Below, piece after piece: positions 1 through 14,010 of a stretch of DNA of 64,000 nt. The position numbers were made by a program, and so were the translations under genes. The DNA comes from Eledone cirrhosa (lineage: Eukaryota). The notes under the pieces are model-generated. The model was not told the DNA's origin. It saw nothing but the letters and a program-made list of their open reading frames with translations, and ran no database searches. Location of the stretch: positions 10,540,001-10,604,000 of the forward strand of contig OZ024747.1 of the NCBI GenBank assembly GCA_964016885.1. Reading direction: 5' to 3'. Each line of letters begins with the position of its first letter. The stretch's first letter is position 1.

Positions 1-5
1 CTTAC

Positions 6-260
6 CCAACTAATGTACACACACACACACACACACACACAAACTCTCTCTCTCCCACACACACCAACCAGCCAGCCAGCACAGCGACCAACATCATCAC
101 CGCCGCCGCCGCCAACAACAGTGCAGGTTCGTTCTCAAGGGGGGGGGGGGATAAGGAAGAGACGGGCGCCAGTCTGTGTGTGTGTGTGCGGGCCCATGTG
201 TGCGTGTGGCGTCAGTGTGTCGGCGAATGTCGGTCAAGTTGCCGCCAACAGAACACACGC
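6..260 (-). other. Putative 5' (non-coding or first) exon and promoter region of a minus-strand gene continuing left of the window
   Basis: Bases 1-5 read GTAAG on the minus strand (TTGG|GTAAG donor); 60-260 is GC/CpG-rich relative to its surroundings. No coding evidence. Confidence 0.3.
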
Positions 261-347
261 AGGTAGAGAGGGAGGAAAAGATGAGAGGGATGGCATGAGG
301 TGGATAGAGGGAATTAAGAGAGAGAAATATATATATGTGTATGTATG

Positions 348-418
<71 letters not shown>

Positions 419-600
419 GTGTATATATATATATCAGCTACAGGAACAATGAACAAAAACAAGTTAAAGGAGTGAATCCCTCCCTCCAGACATACACAAC
501 AAATAGGGACTTCCAATAAGAAGGATCTTCATATCAGTTTTCTATAATGTAGGGGGTTATTATCTCCCCCACCCATACCATTGTATGTATATGTATGAAT

Positions 601-656
<56 letters not shown>

Positions 657-658
<2 letters not shown>

Positions 659-844
659 CGAAGGAAATGTGGTAAGGAACCAGGTGGACCATAACGCACC
701 AAAGTACTCAATACTTGAGGTAGTAGAGTGGGTAATAGGAACCAGTAAGACCCCGACAGCTGAGCTCAAGCCGTTTCGACGGCTAATTCTGACGGCTAAT
801 TCCGTCGAAACGGCTTGAGCTCAGCTGTCGGGGTCTTACTGGTT

Positions 845-849
<5 letters not shown>
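657..849 (-). mobile_element. Fold-back element family A, copy 1 (hammerhead 3' half; Penelope-like end) in a (TA)n tract
   Basis: Inverted arms 735-782 and 802-849; GAAA-CGGC...GCTG-TC (stem III plus GUC site); (TA)n on both sides; homologous to 9427, 12647 and 32395. Confidence 0.75.
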
Positions 850-923
<74 letters not shown>

Positions 924-998
924 GCAGCATACACACGCACGTGGGTGTGGGTCTCTACAAGTGATAGTAGCAGATATACAATATATATATATATACAT

Positions 999-1054
<56 letters not shown>

Positions 1055-1066
1055 ATATATATATAT

Positions 1067-1205
1067 TGATAATAAGTATGAACGAGGTGTCAAATTTTCA
1101 TTAAGTTTATTCAGGTGTGACACGCGTTTCGCGATTGATCGGCTGAAGGTTCGATCTCTATCGATCGGGCCCGACTCTGGAATCAAAAGCTATCACTTCA
1201 ACCTG
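1067..1205 (-). mobile_element. Degenerate Penelope-like end with hammerhead 3' half
   Basis: Minus strand reads ...atcgc-GAAA-C-gcgt-G-TC-acacc followed by a tail abutting (TA)n; the 5' CUGANGA is decayed. Confidence 0.4.
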
Positions 1206-1291
1206 TGTGTCGTTTGTTTTATTTTTGTTTTATTTTTACACATACACACACATCCATATATGTATATATGTGTACCCGATAGCTTCTTTTC

Positions 1292-1330
<39 letters not shown>

Positions 1331-1458
1331 CAAATTGAAATCTAGTGAGGGGATTTCAAAGGGCTCACCTATTTCCCTATGTATATATATTTCAGTGCAG
1401 AAGTAAATGATAAAGTAGAAAATCAAACTTTCCAGTTGTTTTCCGGTTTCTTCTACAA

Positions 1459-2063
1459 CTACAACGGTACGTGATGGGGCCCACCGACAGCCCCGGCAGA
1501 CAGAATGGAGAAGGCATTTCCCCGGTGGACGGCAAGGGAGACGCGCTGGAAAAGCCACTCCAACTCGTGGGGCTCACACCTGCGGCTGGCCAGCTCAGTG
1601 CCTATGGTGGTGAGTAAGGAGGTAGCCCTGGGGCCGAGGACACCAGAAGTATGCACTGCCAGGGGTGCGACCGGTATTTGAGGAGTTTGGCCCCCTCAGC
1701 CCGACGTGCAGCAGAACCTGGGTCAGTCGCAGACTGCACGAGGTTGCGGCTGCAGAAAGTGTCGGTGCAAGTGGCATCCCAGACGAGGGGTTTGCCACCG
1801 CGGAACGGGAAGATGGTCATGCCATCTGGCCTTTTGCTGTCCTCCCGATCCAGCCCCAGCGGCTCGAGCTGGGAAGGGAAGCCTGCAGCGTCCAAGCCAT
1901 GCTTAATGACCTCGTTGAGGGCAGTATATCGTGGAATGCGGCCGGCACTGTGGCGACAGGAAAGCGGGCGGAGGCCGAAATAGTCCACGGTGGAACCGCA
2001 GCGACATCGGTGTGGCTGGCAGATCCGGAGGCCGAGTCTCAGGGAAACGCCGATGCGCTTTAA
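1459..2063 (-). mobile_element. 3' fragment of a CRE-clade non-LTR retrotransposon (Zn-knuckle plus restriction-like endonuclease), frameshifted
   Basis: Translation CRCGSTVD..LSCRHSAGR...EPLGLDREDSKRPDGMTIFPFRGGKPLVWDATC, then in another frame SGVLGPRA...WLFQRVSLAVHRGNA. These match PD-(D/E)xK RLE C-termini of CRE-like LINEs. Confidence 0.85.
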
Positions 2064-2561
2064 GGTGAGATTAAACAGAAAATACATGTATGTATGCATG
2101 TATATATGAGTGTGTATATATATATATATATGTGTGCGATTCGATTTTGGTGGACCAGTGACGGATTAGGTGGGTTGGGGCGGTGTTTTGACTGGGCTGG
2201 AGCCAGAGATTCAACATATTTAATAAAGGACCCTAAATAAATTATTTTGGTTACCATAAATAATACGCCAAGACCCCGATTAAATTTTCAGTCAGGGGTC
2301 CCATATAAGTTTAATCGGCCAATTGGTGTCGGCAGATACTCTAAGGCCTTGAATAATCACCTCCCACGCTTATTAAATTTTGCTAATCTATTCCCGGAGA
2401 AATATTATTGTAAGTGATTCATATTGATACAACAGCTGGAGAATCTAATAATAATTTTATTTTACATTAAAAATACATTATATACGATAAAAAAAAAAAA
2501 AAGAACCTATATTTACGAACGTACAGTATACAATTACCGACCCCCATCGCTTAATTGGGAC

Positions 2562-2654
2562 CGGAGGAGTGATGCCGAGCTGTGAAATCTTGCATACATT
2601 AATTTTAACTCTTCTTAATAACTGCATTGTTTCTTTCCAGGGACTATGTTGAAA
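2562..2654 (+). mobile_element. Internal fragment of a mariner-type MITE, ending where the satellite begins
   Basis: gagctgtgaaatcttgcat...ctttccagggactatgttgaaa matches the interior of the MITE at 33784-33988. Confidence 0.6.
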
Positions 2655-5600
2655 GGTGAAAACTATCCAATATAGACCAGGTGTGACACCTTAACGAACT
2701 ATAAGGTAAAAACTATCCAATATAGACCAGGTGTGACACCTTAATGAACTATAAGGTAAAAACTATCCAATATAGACCAGGTGTGATACCTTAACGAACT
2801 ATAAGGTAAAAACTATCCAATATAGACCAGGTGTGACACCTTAACGAACTATAAGGTAAAAACTATCCAATATAGACCAGGTGTGACACCTTAATGAACT
2901 ATAAGATAAAAACTATCAATATAGACCAGGTGTGACACCTTAAAGAACTATAAGGTAAAAACTATCCAATATAGACCAGGTGTGACACCTTAATGAACTA
3001 TAAGGTAAAAACTATCCAATATAGACCAGGTGTGACACCTTAATGAACTATAAGGTAAAGACTATCCGATATAGACCAGGTGTGACACCTTAATGAACTA
3101 TAAGGTAAAAACTATCCAATATAGACCAGGTGTGACACCTTAATGAACTATAAGGTAAAAACTATCCAATATAGACCAGGTGTGACACCTTAACGAACTA
3201 TAAGGTAAAAACTATCCAATATAGACCAGGTGTGACACCTTAACGAACTATAAGGTAAAAACTATCCAATATAGACCAGGTGTGACACCTTAACGAACTA
3301 TAAGGTAAAAACTATCCAATATAGACCAGGTGTGACACCTTAACGAACTATAAGGTAAAAACTATCCAATATAGACCAGGTGTGACACCTTAATGAACTA
3401 TAAGGTAAAAACTATCCAATATAGACCAGGTGTGACACCTTAACGAACTATAAGGTAAAAACTATCCAATATAGACCAGGTGTGACACCTTAACGAACTA
3501 TAAGGTAAAAACTATCCAATATAGACCAGGTGTGACACCTTAATGAACTATAAGATAAAAACTATCAATATAGACCAGGTGTGACACCTTAATGAACTAT
3601 AAGGTAAAAACTATCCAATATAAACCAGGTGTGACACCTTAATGAACTATAAGGTAAAAACTATCCAATATAGACCAGGTGTGACACCTTAATGAACTAT
3701 AAGGTAAAGACTATCCAATATAGACCAGGTGTGACACCTTAATGAACTATAAGGTAAAAACTATCCAATATAGACCAGGTGTGACACCTTAACGAACTAT
3801 AAGGTAAAAACTATCCAATATAGACCAGGTGTGACACCTTAATGAACTATAAGGTAAAAACTATCCAATATAGACCAGGTGTGACACCTTAACGAACTAT
3901 AAGGTAAAGACTATCCAATATAGACCAGGTGTGACACCTTAATGAACTATAAGGTAAAAACTATCCAATATAGACCAGGTGTGACACCTTAATGAACTAT
4001 AAGGTAAAAACTATCCAATATAGACCAGGTGTGACACCTTAACGAACTATAAGGTAAAGACTATCCAATATAGACCAGGTGTGACACCTTAATGAACTAT
4101 AAGGTAAAAACTATCCAATATAGACCAGGTGTGACACCTTAATGAACTATAAGGTAAAAACTATCCAATATAGACCAGGTGTGACACCTTAACGAACTAT
4201 AAGGTAAAAACTATCCAATATAGACCAGGTGTGACACCTTAACGAACTATAAGGTAAAGACTATCCAATATAGACCAGGTGTGACACCTTAATGAACTAT
4301 AAGGTAAAGACTATCCAATATAGACCAGGTGTGACACCTTAATGAACTATAAGGTAAAAACTATCCAATATAGACCAGGTGTGACACCTTAATGAACTAT
4401 AAGGTAAAAACTATCCAATATAGACCAGGTGTGACACCTTAACGAACTATAAGGTAAAAACTATCCAATATAGACCAGGTGTGACACCTTAACGAACTAT
4501 AAGGTAAAAACTATCCAATATAGACCAGGTGTGACACCTTAACGAACTATAAGGTAAAAACTATCCAATATAGACCAGGTGTGACACCTTAACGAACTAT
4601 AAGATAAAAACTATCCAATATAGACCAGGTGTGACACCTTAACGAACTATAAGGTAAAAACTATCCAATATAGACCAGGTGTGACACCTTAACGAACTAT
4701 AAGGTAAAAACTATCCAATATAGACCAGGTGTGACACCTTAACGAACTATAAGGTAAAAACTATCCAATATAGACCAGGTGTGACACCTTAACGAACTAT
4801 AAGGTAAAAACTATCCAATATAGACCAGGTGTGACACCTTAACGAACTATAAGGTAAAAACTATCCAATATAGACCAGGTGTGACACCTTAACGAACTAT
4901 AAGGTAAAAACTATCCAATATAGACCAGGTGTGACACCTTAACGAACTATAAGGTAAAAACTATCCAATATAGACCAGGTGTGACACCTTAACGAACTAT
5001 AAGGTAAAGACTATCCAATATAGACCAGGTGTGACACCTTAATGAACTATAAGGTAAAGACTATCCAATATAGACCAGGTGTGACACCTTAATGAACTAT
5101 AAGGTAAAAACTATCCAATATAGACCAGGTGTGACACCTTAATGAACTATAAGGTAAAAACTATCCAATATAGACCAGGTGTGACACCTTAACGAACTAT
5201 AAGGTAAAAACTATCCAATATAGACCAGGTGTGACACCTTAACGAACTATAAGGTAAAAACTATCCAATATAGACCAGGTGTGACACCTTAACGAACTAT
5301 AAGGTAAAAACTATCCAATATAGACCAGGTGTGACACCTTAACGAACTATAAGATAAAAACTATCCAATATAGACCAGGTGTGACACCTTAACGAACTAT
5401 AAGGTAAAAACTATCCAATATAGACCAGGTGTGACACCTTAACGAACTATAAGGTAAAAACTATCCAATATAGACCAGGTGTGACACCTTAACGAACTAT
5501 AAGGTAAAAACTATCCAATATAGACCAGGTGTGACACCTTAACGAACTATAAGGTAAAAACTATCCAATATAGACCAGGTGTGACACCTTAACGAACTAT

Positions 5601-8600
5601 AAGGTAAAAACTATCCAATATAGACCAGGTGTGACACCTTAACGAACTATAAGGTAAAAACTATCCAATATAGACCAGGTGTGACACCTTAACGAACTAT
5701 AAGGTAAAAACTATCCAATATAGACCAGGTGTGACACCTTAACGAACTATAAGGTAAAAACTATCCAATATAGACCAGGTGTGACACCTTAATGAACTAT
5801 AAGGTAAAAACTATCAATATAGACCAGGTGTGACACCTTAACGAACTATAAGGTAAAAACTATCCAATATAGACCAGGTGTGACACCTTAACGAACTATA
5901 AGGTAAAAACTATCCAATATAGACCAGGTGTGACACCTTAACGAACTATAAGGTAAAAACTATCCAATATAGACCAGGTGTGACACCTTAACGAACTATA
6001 AGGTAAAAACTATCCAATATAGACCAGGTGTGACACCTTAATGAACTATAAGATAAAAACTATCAATATAGACCAGGTGTGACACCTTAAAGAACTATAA
6101 GGTAAAAACTATCCAATATACACCAGGTGTGACACCTTAATGAACTATAAGGTAAAAACTATCCAATATAGACCAGGTGTGACACCTTAATGAACTATAA
6201 GGTAAAGACTATCCAATATAGACCAGGTGTGACACCTTAATGAACTATAAGGTAAAAACTATCCAATATAGACCAGGTGTGACACCTTAATGAACTATAA
6301 GGTAAAAACTATCCAATATAGACCAGGTGTGACACCTTAACGAACTATAAGGTAAAAACTATCCAATATAGACCAGGTGTGACACCTTAACGAACTATAA
6401 GGTAAAAACTATCCAATATAGACCAGGTGTGACACCTTAACGAACTATAAGGTAAAAACTATCCAATATAGACCAGGTGTGACACCTTAACGAACTATAA
6501 GGTAAAAACTATCCAATATAGACCAGGTGTGACACCTTAATGAACTATAAGGTAAAAACTATCCAATATAGACCAGGTGTGACACCTTAACGAACTATAA
6601 GGTAAAAACTATCCAATATAGACCAGGTGTGACACCTTAACGAACTATAAGGTAAAAACTATCCAATATAGACCAGGTGTGACACCTTAATGAACTATAA
6701 GATAAAAACTATCAATATAGACCAGGTGTGACACCTTAATGAACTATAAGGTAAAAACTATCCAATATAAACCAGGTGTGACACCTTAATGAACTATAAG
6801 GTAAAAACTATCCAATATAGACCAGGTGTGACACCTTAATGAACTATAAGGTAAAGACTATCCAATATAGACCAGGTGTGACACCTTAATGAACTATAAG
6901 GTAAAAACTATCCAATATAGACCAGGTGTGACACCTTAACGAACTATAAGGTAAAAACTATCCAATATAGACCAGGTGTGACACCTTAATGAACTATAAG
7001 GTAAAAACTATCCAATATAGACCAGGTGTGACACCTTAACGAACTATAAGGTAAAGACTATCCAATATAGACCAGGTGTGACACCTTAATGAACTATAAG
7101 GTAAAAACTATCCAATATAGACCAGGTGTGACACCTTAATGAACTATAAGGTAAAAACTATCCAATATAGACCAGGTGTGACACCTTAACGAACTATAAG
7201 GTAAAGACTATCCAATATAGACCAGGTGTGACACCTTAATGAACTATAAGGTAAAAACTATCCAATATAGACCAGGTGTGACACCTTAATGAACTATAAG
7301 GTAAAAACTATCCAATATAGACCAGGTGTGACACCTTAACGAACTATAAGGTAAAAACTATCCAATATAGACCAGGTGTGACACCTTAACGAACTATAAG
7401 GTAAAGACTATCCAATATAGACCAGGTGTGACACCTTAATGAACTATAAGGTAAAGACTATCCAATATAGACCAGGTGTGACACCTTAATGAACTATAAG
7501 GTAAAAACTATCCAATATAGACCAGGTGTGACACCTTAATGAACTATAAGGTAAAAACTATCCAATATAGACCAGGTGTGACACCTTAACGAACTATAAG
7601 GTAAAAACTATCCAATATAGACCAGGTGTGACACCTTAACGAACTATAAGGTAAAAACTATCCAATATAGACCAGGTGTGACACCTTAACGAACTATAAG
7701 GTAAAAACTATCCAATATAGACCAGGTGTGACACCTTAACGAACTATAAGATAAAAACTATCCAATATAGACCAGGTGTGACACCTTAACGAACTATAAG
7801 GTAAAAACTATCCAATATAGACCAGGTGTGACACCTTAACGAACTATAAGGTAAAAACTATCCAATATAGACCAGGTGTGACACCTTAACGAACTATAAG
7901 GTAAAAACTATCCAATATAGACCAGGTGTGACACCTTAACGAACTATAAGGTAAAAACTATCCAATATAGACCAGGTGTGACACCTTAACGAACTATAAG
8001 GTAAAAACTATCCAATATAGACCAGGTGTGACACCTTAACGAACTATAAGGTAAAAACTATCCAATATAGACCAGGTGTGACACCTTAACGAACTATAAG
8101 GTAAAAACTATCCAATATAGACCAGGTGTGACACCTTAACGAACTATAAGGTAAAGACTATCCAATATAGACCAGGTGTGACACCTTAATGAACTATAAG
8201 GTAAAGACTATCCAATATAGACCAGGTGTGACACCTTAATGAACTATAAGGTAAAAACTATCCAATATAGACCAGGTGTGACACCTTAATGAACTATAAG
8301 GTAAAAACTATCCAATATAGACCAGGTGTGACACCTTAACGAACTATAAGGTAAAAACTATCCAATATAGACCAGGTGTGACACCTTAACGAACTATAAG
8401 GTAAAAACTATCCAATATAGACCAGGTGTGACACCTTAACGAACTATAAGGTAAAAACTATCCAATATAGACCAGGTGTGACACCTTAACGAACTATAAG
8501 ATAAAAACTATCCAATATAGACCAGGTGTGACACCTTAACGAACTATAAGGTAAAAACTATCCAATATAGACCAGGTGTGACACCTTAACGAACTATAAG

Positions 8601-9139
8601 GTAAAAACTATCCAATATAGACCAGGTGTGACACCTTAACGAACTATAAGGTAAAAACTATCCAATATAGACCAGGTGTGACACCTTAACGAACTATAAG
8701 GTAAAAACTATCCAATATAGACCAGGTGTGACACCTTAACGAACTATAAGGTAAAAACTATCCAATATAGACCAGGTGTGACACCTTAACGAACTATAAG
8801 GTAAAAACTATCCAATATAGACCAGGTGTGACACCTTAACGAACTATAAGGTAAAAACTATCCAATATAGACCAGGTGTGACACCTTAACGAACTATAAG
8901 GTAAAAACTATCCAATATAGACCAGGTGTGACACCTTAATGAACTATAAGGTAAAAACTATCAATATAGACCAGGTGTGACACCTTAACGAACTATAAGG
9001 TAAAAACTATCCAATATAGACCAGGTGTGACACCTTAACGAACTATAAGGTAAAAACTATCCAATATAGACCAGGTGTGACACCTTAACGAACTACAAGA
9101 TAAAACTATCAATATAGACCAGGTGTGACACCTTAATGA
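2653..9139 (+). repeat. 50-bp tandem satellite, about 130 units, with nested 750-bp and ~3147-bp higher-order repeats
   Basis: Unit GGTAAAAACTATCCAATATAGACCAGGTGTGACACCTTAAYGAACTATAA; diagnostic variants recur at 750-bp and 3147-bp offsets. Confidence 0.97.
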
Positions 9140-9426
9140 TCTCAAATAGAAATGTTTTCCATAAAGAAATGATTTAAAATAAACCCAGAAGTAAGGAATA
9201 GCTCTGTATATGACAGGTAACTAAGGTAAGTTGTTTATCTATAAATATGTGTAGAATGTAAACAATGAACTGAGAATAACTAGAATTAACAGCTACAACA
9301 TATTCTACACACTCATACATAATCAGCTGTAATGATACACTATGTGTGTTTATATATTTACACACACATATATACATATATATATTAAAGAGTTGAAGGC
9401 GGATATATATATATATATATATATAT

Positions 9427-9616
9427 GAGAAAGTATGACCCCGACGGCAGAGCTCAAGCCGTTTCGACGGCTATTTCCGTCCAGAAATAGCCGTCGAAAC
9501 GGCTTGAGCTCTGCCGTCGGCGTCATACTTTTTCCTATTACCCACTCTACTACCCTAAGTATTGAGTACTCTGGTGCGTTATGGTCCATCTGGTTTCTTA
9601 CCACACCTCCTTCGTT
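9427..9616 (+). mobile_element. Fold-back element family A, copy 2
   Basis: Palindrome around gacggctatttc..gaaatagccgtc, then GAAA-CGGC-ttgagctct-GCCG-TC and a tail ending ccttcgtt; (TA)n on both sides. Confidence 0.75.
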
Positions 9617-9685
9617 ATATATATATATATATATCCCTGTAAATAGTTATTTCTTCTAATCCCGTATGTCATTTGTACTTTTACT

Positions 9686-9855
9686 ATAACACACTCTCTC
9701 AATACTATATACAACACACTCTACACTCTCTCAATACTATATACAACACACTCTACACTCTCTCAATACTATATACAACACACTCTACACTCTCTCAATA
9801 CTATATACAACACACTCTACACTCGCTCCATACTATATACACAACACATTCTACA
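9686..9855 (+). repeat. 32-bp minisatellite, about 5 copies
   Basis: Unit acaacacactctacactctctcaatactatat. Confidence 0.85.
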
Positions 9856-10055
9856 CATTTAATGCTATATCTACAAGACAACTCAAACAACACATGTGGA
9901 AACCATACAATAGAAGCTAAGTGGGTTGAATTAGTGAATTACTTGTTTCTAATATAATTAATTATTCTAGAAATAAACTTGCTGGAACAGTTTACTAAAT
10001 TCTATTACAAAACTGAAGATTAGATTCACTCTGTCATTTCTGTCTCAGTTTCATT

Positions 10056-10192
10056 GGATTGCCAGTATCGGTAGAGGGTCTGACGCCATGTTTTGCAGCA
10101 AAGAGTTACGGCCCTTTATGGTCTGAGTTCAAATAAAGTACCAGTAATACACTGGGATAATTGTTAGCCTAGTGCCAAAAGTAGAAACAATT
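10056..10192 (+). mobile_element. tRNA-derived SINE, internally deleted copy
   Basis: A-box-like gccagtatcgg, B box gagttcaaat, and the 3' end gtgccaaaagtagaaacaatt shared with full copies. Confidence 0.7.
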
Positions 10193-10497
10193 ATAAAGGA
10201 AGTTATTGATGTGAATTAAGAAGATCTGCTGAAGTTTGTCATATGTAATAATACTGTTGTTACTCTCATGCAAGATTTCACAGCTTTAACATCACTCCTT
10301 CATAATCAGCCTATGAGCGTTTCAGCTGAGCTTTGTAATCCAACCAATTGAATGGATTGTCTGTCGAATGGCTGCAGACTGATCGCAGGTGCCCAATGGT
10401 TGTTCAAGTATGGTTTAACACTGGTTTAATGGGAACTGGTGGAAAGGAAAAGTCCTTAAACTCCTGATGGAGTTGTAGGGACACCGTCCTATGAGTA

Positions 10498-10726
10498 TTA
10501 ACCCTTTAGAATTTACATATATTTCTATATATACTATTATAATTTCACAGTAAAAGCTTTACCTCACATATTTATTTCACATAATATTGAATCCTATGAG
10601 GTTTTGATATTTATTTTGAGAACAATACATTAACATCAGTATGAGTGGCCAGTTACGGCTGGTTTGAATAGAAAGAGGTGAAAGAATTCTAGTCGAATAT
10701 GGCTGGTTTAAATGCTAAAGGGTTAA
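10498..10726. mobile_element. TTAA-flanked MITE (TTAACCCTTT...AAAGGGTTAA; piggyBac-like termini)
   Basis: Short terminal inverted repeats inside TTAA; related to 13778-14010 and 28279-28790. Confidence 0.55.
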
Positions 10727-11624
10727 AAATGATGGAAGCCAACTCTACCCCAGGTCTAGACACAGTCAATTTCTTAATGTGAGGGGTGTGGGTGAAACAA
10801 CTCTGAGTACCGGAGTTAATTTCTTCAGGAAAAAGACAGAGAGAATGGAAATGAGAAAGTGGAGGAGGAGGAAGAATTGACCCCAGTACATGACTGGTTC
10901 TTTATCAACCTCAAAAGGATGAAAGGTAAAGTTGACCTTAGCAGAAACAGATACCATGAAACATTCTATCTTACACTTTAATGACTGTCAATGTTCTGCC
11001 TTAATGTGTGTGTGTGTGTGTGAGAGAGAGAGTGTGTGTCTGTAATGGTTTACTGGATAACCACTCTAACCTACATGCTCTAATTTGATTGGTGAAATAC
11101 AAGTGCTACTGCACCAGGAAAACTTGTGGTCCAACTACTTAGGAAAAGAGGATGGACTTTTACAGCTATCATCATATTTCCCCTCGGAACAAACTAACAA
11201 TGTCAGAAAACTACAGATAATTGACAACCAAGACACACATATACATATACATATATATATATAATTATATATACACACACAGACACATATCATCATCATC
11301 ACTTTTCAACGACTATTTTCCCATGCTATACACACAATATTTCAAGTAAAAAACGTTGATTGATCAATTAATTGACCAACTGGTGTGTAAACAGATGTAA
11401 GCACTCCACGTTGTGGGTACCTTAAGGTATTACTTATAGGGTATCAAACAGAAGGTCAATATTATAAAGAAGAGAGACAGTTTTATGTATACATCCTCTA
11501 TTATATAATCCTGTTATACACATTTTAAAGACATCATATATCTATTATAGCAGACAAAACATACATGTGCTTTCTTTTCTTTTCCTACTTTCGTTCTTCC
11601 TTCTATTTCTTTTATACCTCATTC

Positions 11625-11665
11625 TATTGTCTGATGAAGGACTAACCTCTGAAACGTTAAGATAT
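11625..11665 (+). ncRNA. Minimal or degenerate type I hammerhead ribozyme motif
   Basis: ttgt-CTGATGA-aggactaacctct-GAAA-cg-TTA-agata; core intact, stems I and III weak. Confidence 0.45.
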
Positions 11666-11754
11666 TTCTCCTACTTTATCAAGCATTAAACTAATATATA
11701 TCATCATTATACTGTATTGCACTCTTGTGTTTTTCTTTGCCAGATAACTTTTCC

Positions 11755-11990
11755 TGGGTCAAAAGTCACTTCCTATTAAAAAAAAAAATTCATAATTTTT
11801 TTCATTATTAAAATATGTTTTTTGAGATTAAAGTTGAAAAAAAACAAGATCCAATTATGAAATTTAATTTAAAGATAAAAAAAATTAATGAAGAAGCTGG
11901 ATTCTTATAAAAAAAAAAGTTTTGAGTTAATTTGTAATGATGTTTTATTAATAAAAATAGGTAAGAAGTAACTTTTGACCAACCCTGTGT
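11755..11990. mobile_element. Tc1-like MITE
   Basis: Inverted termini ggtcaaaagtcactt / aagtaacttttgacc, ending caaccctgtgTA. Confidence 0.5.
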
Positions 11991-12065
11991 ATATATGAGC
12001 AAGGTACGGCGCGATAAACTAGTCAGACCCTCCTCATAACAGGACCACCCAGTTGCACAGAGAAA

Positions 12066-12192
12066 ACGTGGTTGGTGTTAGGAAGGGCATCCGCTGTAAA
12101 AAAACAGCCGACCAAAATACAGTTCCATTTGAGCAAGGTATGTCCATCTAATCCATGCAAGCGTGGAAAAATAGATATTAAACGGTGATGAT
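12066..12192 (+). mobile_element. RTE-tail SINE/LINE 3' fragment
   Basis: gtggttggtgttaggaagggcatcc...catgcaagcgtggaa...ttaaacg(gat)n; same family at 21568, 32785 and 50270. Confidence 0.7.
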
Positions 12193-12646
12193 ATATATAT
12201 ATATGTGTGTGTGTATATATATATATACATGTGTGTGTGTGTGTGTATATATGGTAGACAAATATTTGAACAGGTAGACAAATATTTAGACAGGTAGCAC
12301 ACAAATGATTAAACAAATTTGAAAAATTGAAGAGGCTCACAAATGAACAGACAGATGACTGATCAAACAGACACACAGACATGTGCATGTATTAAGAGAT
12401 CAAGATAGAGATAAAGCATACAGACAAAACAAACGTCTGGTGCACCAACCGTGCACCTGCACTACAACATATATGATGCACAGAAACAGTTGGGGAAGCA
12501 GGTAGGAGTGTATATTTAATAATTAAAGTTCCGTCAACAGTTTAGTGGTGGTGGCAGTGTGTATATTCTATAACCTCAGTGTATATATTCTATAGTCTCA
12601 GTATAATACATACTTTAACCTCACTATTATATATATATATATATAT

Positions 12647-12843
12647 AATGAAGGAAATGTGGTAAGGAACCAGGTGGACCATAACGCACCAAAGTACTCA
12701 ATGCTTAGGGTAGTAGAGTGGGTAATAGGAGTAGGACCCCGACGGCTGAGCTCAAGCCATTTCGACGGCTAATTCTGGAATGAGTCCAGAATTAGCCGTC
12801 GAAACAGCTTGAGCTCAGTCGTCGGGGTCCTACTTGTTCCTAT
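12647..12843 (-). mobile_element. Fold-back element family A, copy 3
   Basis: Palindrome with apex gacggctaattctgga-atgag-tccagaattagccgtc; GAAA/stem III/GTC half; (TA)n flanks. Confidence 0.75.
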
Positions 12844-13777
12844 ATATATATATATATATATACTTTAGCCTCTGTCTCTCTCTCTATATATACTTTAAAC
12901 CCAGTGTATATATTCTTTAGCCATAGCAGATAGGTGTTTGTGTGTGTATATATATTCATGTACATGTGTAGACTGAAGTAGTGTTTTCTGACTCCAAATC
13001 CTTCATCAGGTGTATATAATGGTTTCGAGATTTAGGCACATGGCCAACAATTTCTTTAAAGGAAGGAGAAAGACAATTCTATACCCCTCCATCACCCCCA
13101 CCAACAACAACAACACCAATATCTTACTGGTACTTTATTTTATCAACCCCGTAAGGACGAAAGGCAAAGTTAACCTAGATAGGATTTGAACTCAGAATAT
13201 AAAGAACCAATATTTTGTCTGACTCTCTAATAATGATTCAATCATCCTACACCCTTTATAATAATTTCTTACATAGACACACGGGGGTGGGGGGCAGTTG
13301 ATTACAATAACCCCAATATATGACTGGTTCTTTATTTATCTTATTAACTTTGAAAGGCAAAGTTGACCTCAGAATTTGTAACCAAAACACAGAGAACTAG
13401 AACTAATAGAGCAAGTCATCCCAATGCTTGCTTTAGTCATTCTGCCAGTTTTCCACATAAATATTGCAATGTTTGTTTATGAAGATCTGACAGACTAGGT
13501 TGTTGTTATAACCCTAGGTCACTCCTAATCAATCAAACCTATCACAACTAAGTAGTTGCTTAATAATTACCTGTGAACTATGTTTCACTCATCGACATAT
13601 TTTTTTAATTATTATTTAGTCTGCAAGGGCAGTGAAGGGCAGTATTCATGGCCCTTATTAGGGACTTTTAGACTGATGGGAGAGAAGTAAGAAAATATCC
13701 TCAAACCTAAAACTTAGTCTCAATGTGTGCACAGAGTGGATTCTACTAAAGTCACCCCAGACCCCATATGGGGGTGT

Positions 13778-14010
13778 TTAACCCTTTTGACACCAACCAG
13801 CCCTAGATCGCCTCTGGTTCTATGAAACAAAACTATCGACTTTAAAGGGTTCTTACTTAAATTAAAATCACCCAACATAATTTTATATAAGAACAATTTG
13901 TTACATTACAAATATCATCTTAATGGAATTATGATTTTAGTAAATCCTTCGTTAATTAATTAATTAAAATACAGAGTATTTCATCAGAACTATGGTAACG
14001 AAAGGGTTAA
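13778..14010. mobile_element. TTAA-flanked MITE
   Basis: ttaaccctttt...aaagggttaa termini; interior homologous to 28279-28493. Confidence 0.65.

Noticed and set aside
1112-1123. 12-nt match caggtgtgacac between the Penelope-like remnant and the satellite unit
   Set aside because: Too short, with no flanking similarity; probably chance.
2653-9139. CRISPR-like regular array
   Set aside because: Units are contiguous and near-identical with no unique spacers; there are no cas genes and the context is eukaryotic.
12965-13015. CTGATGA on the minus strand (also 37238 plus, and CTGAAAA..GAAA near 53480-53510 minus) as further hammerheads
   Set aside because: GAAA, the core or stem I/III pairing is missing or degenerate, so these were not counted as ribozymes.
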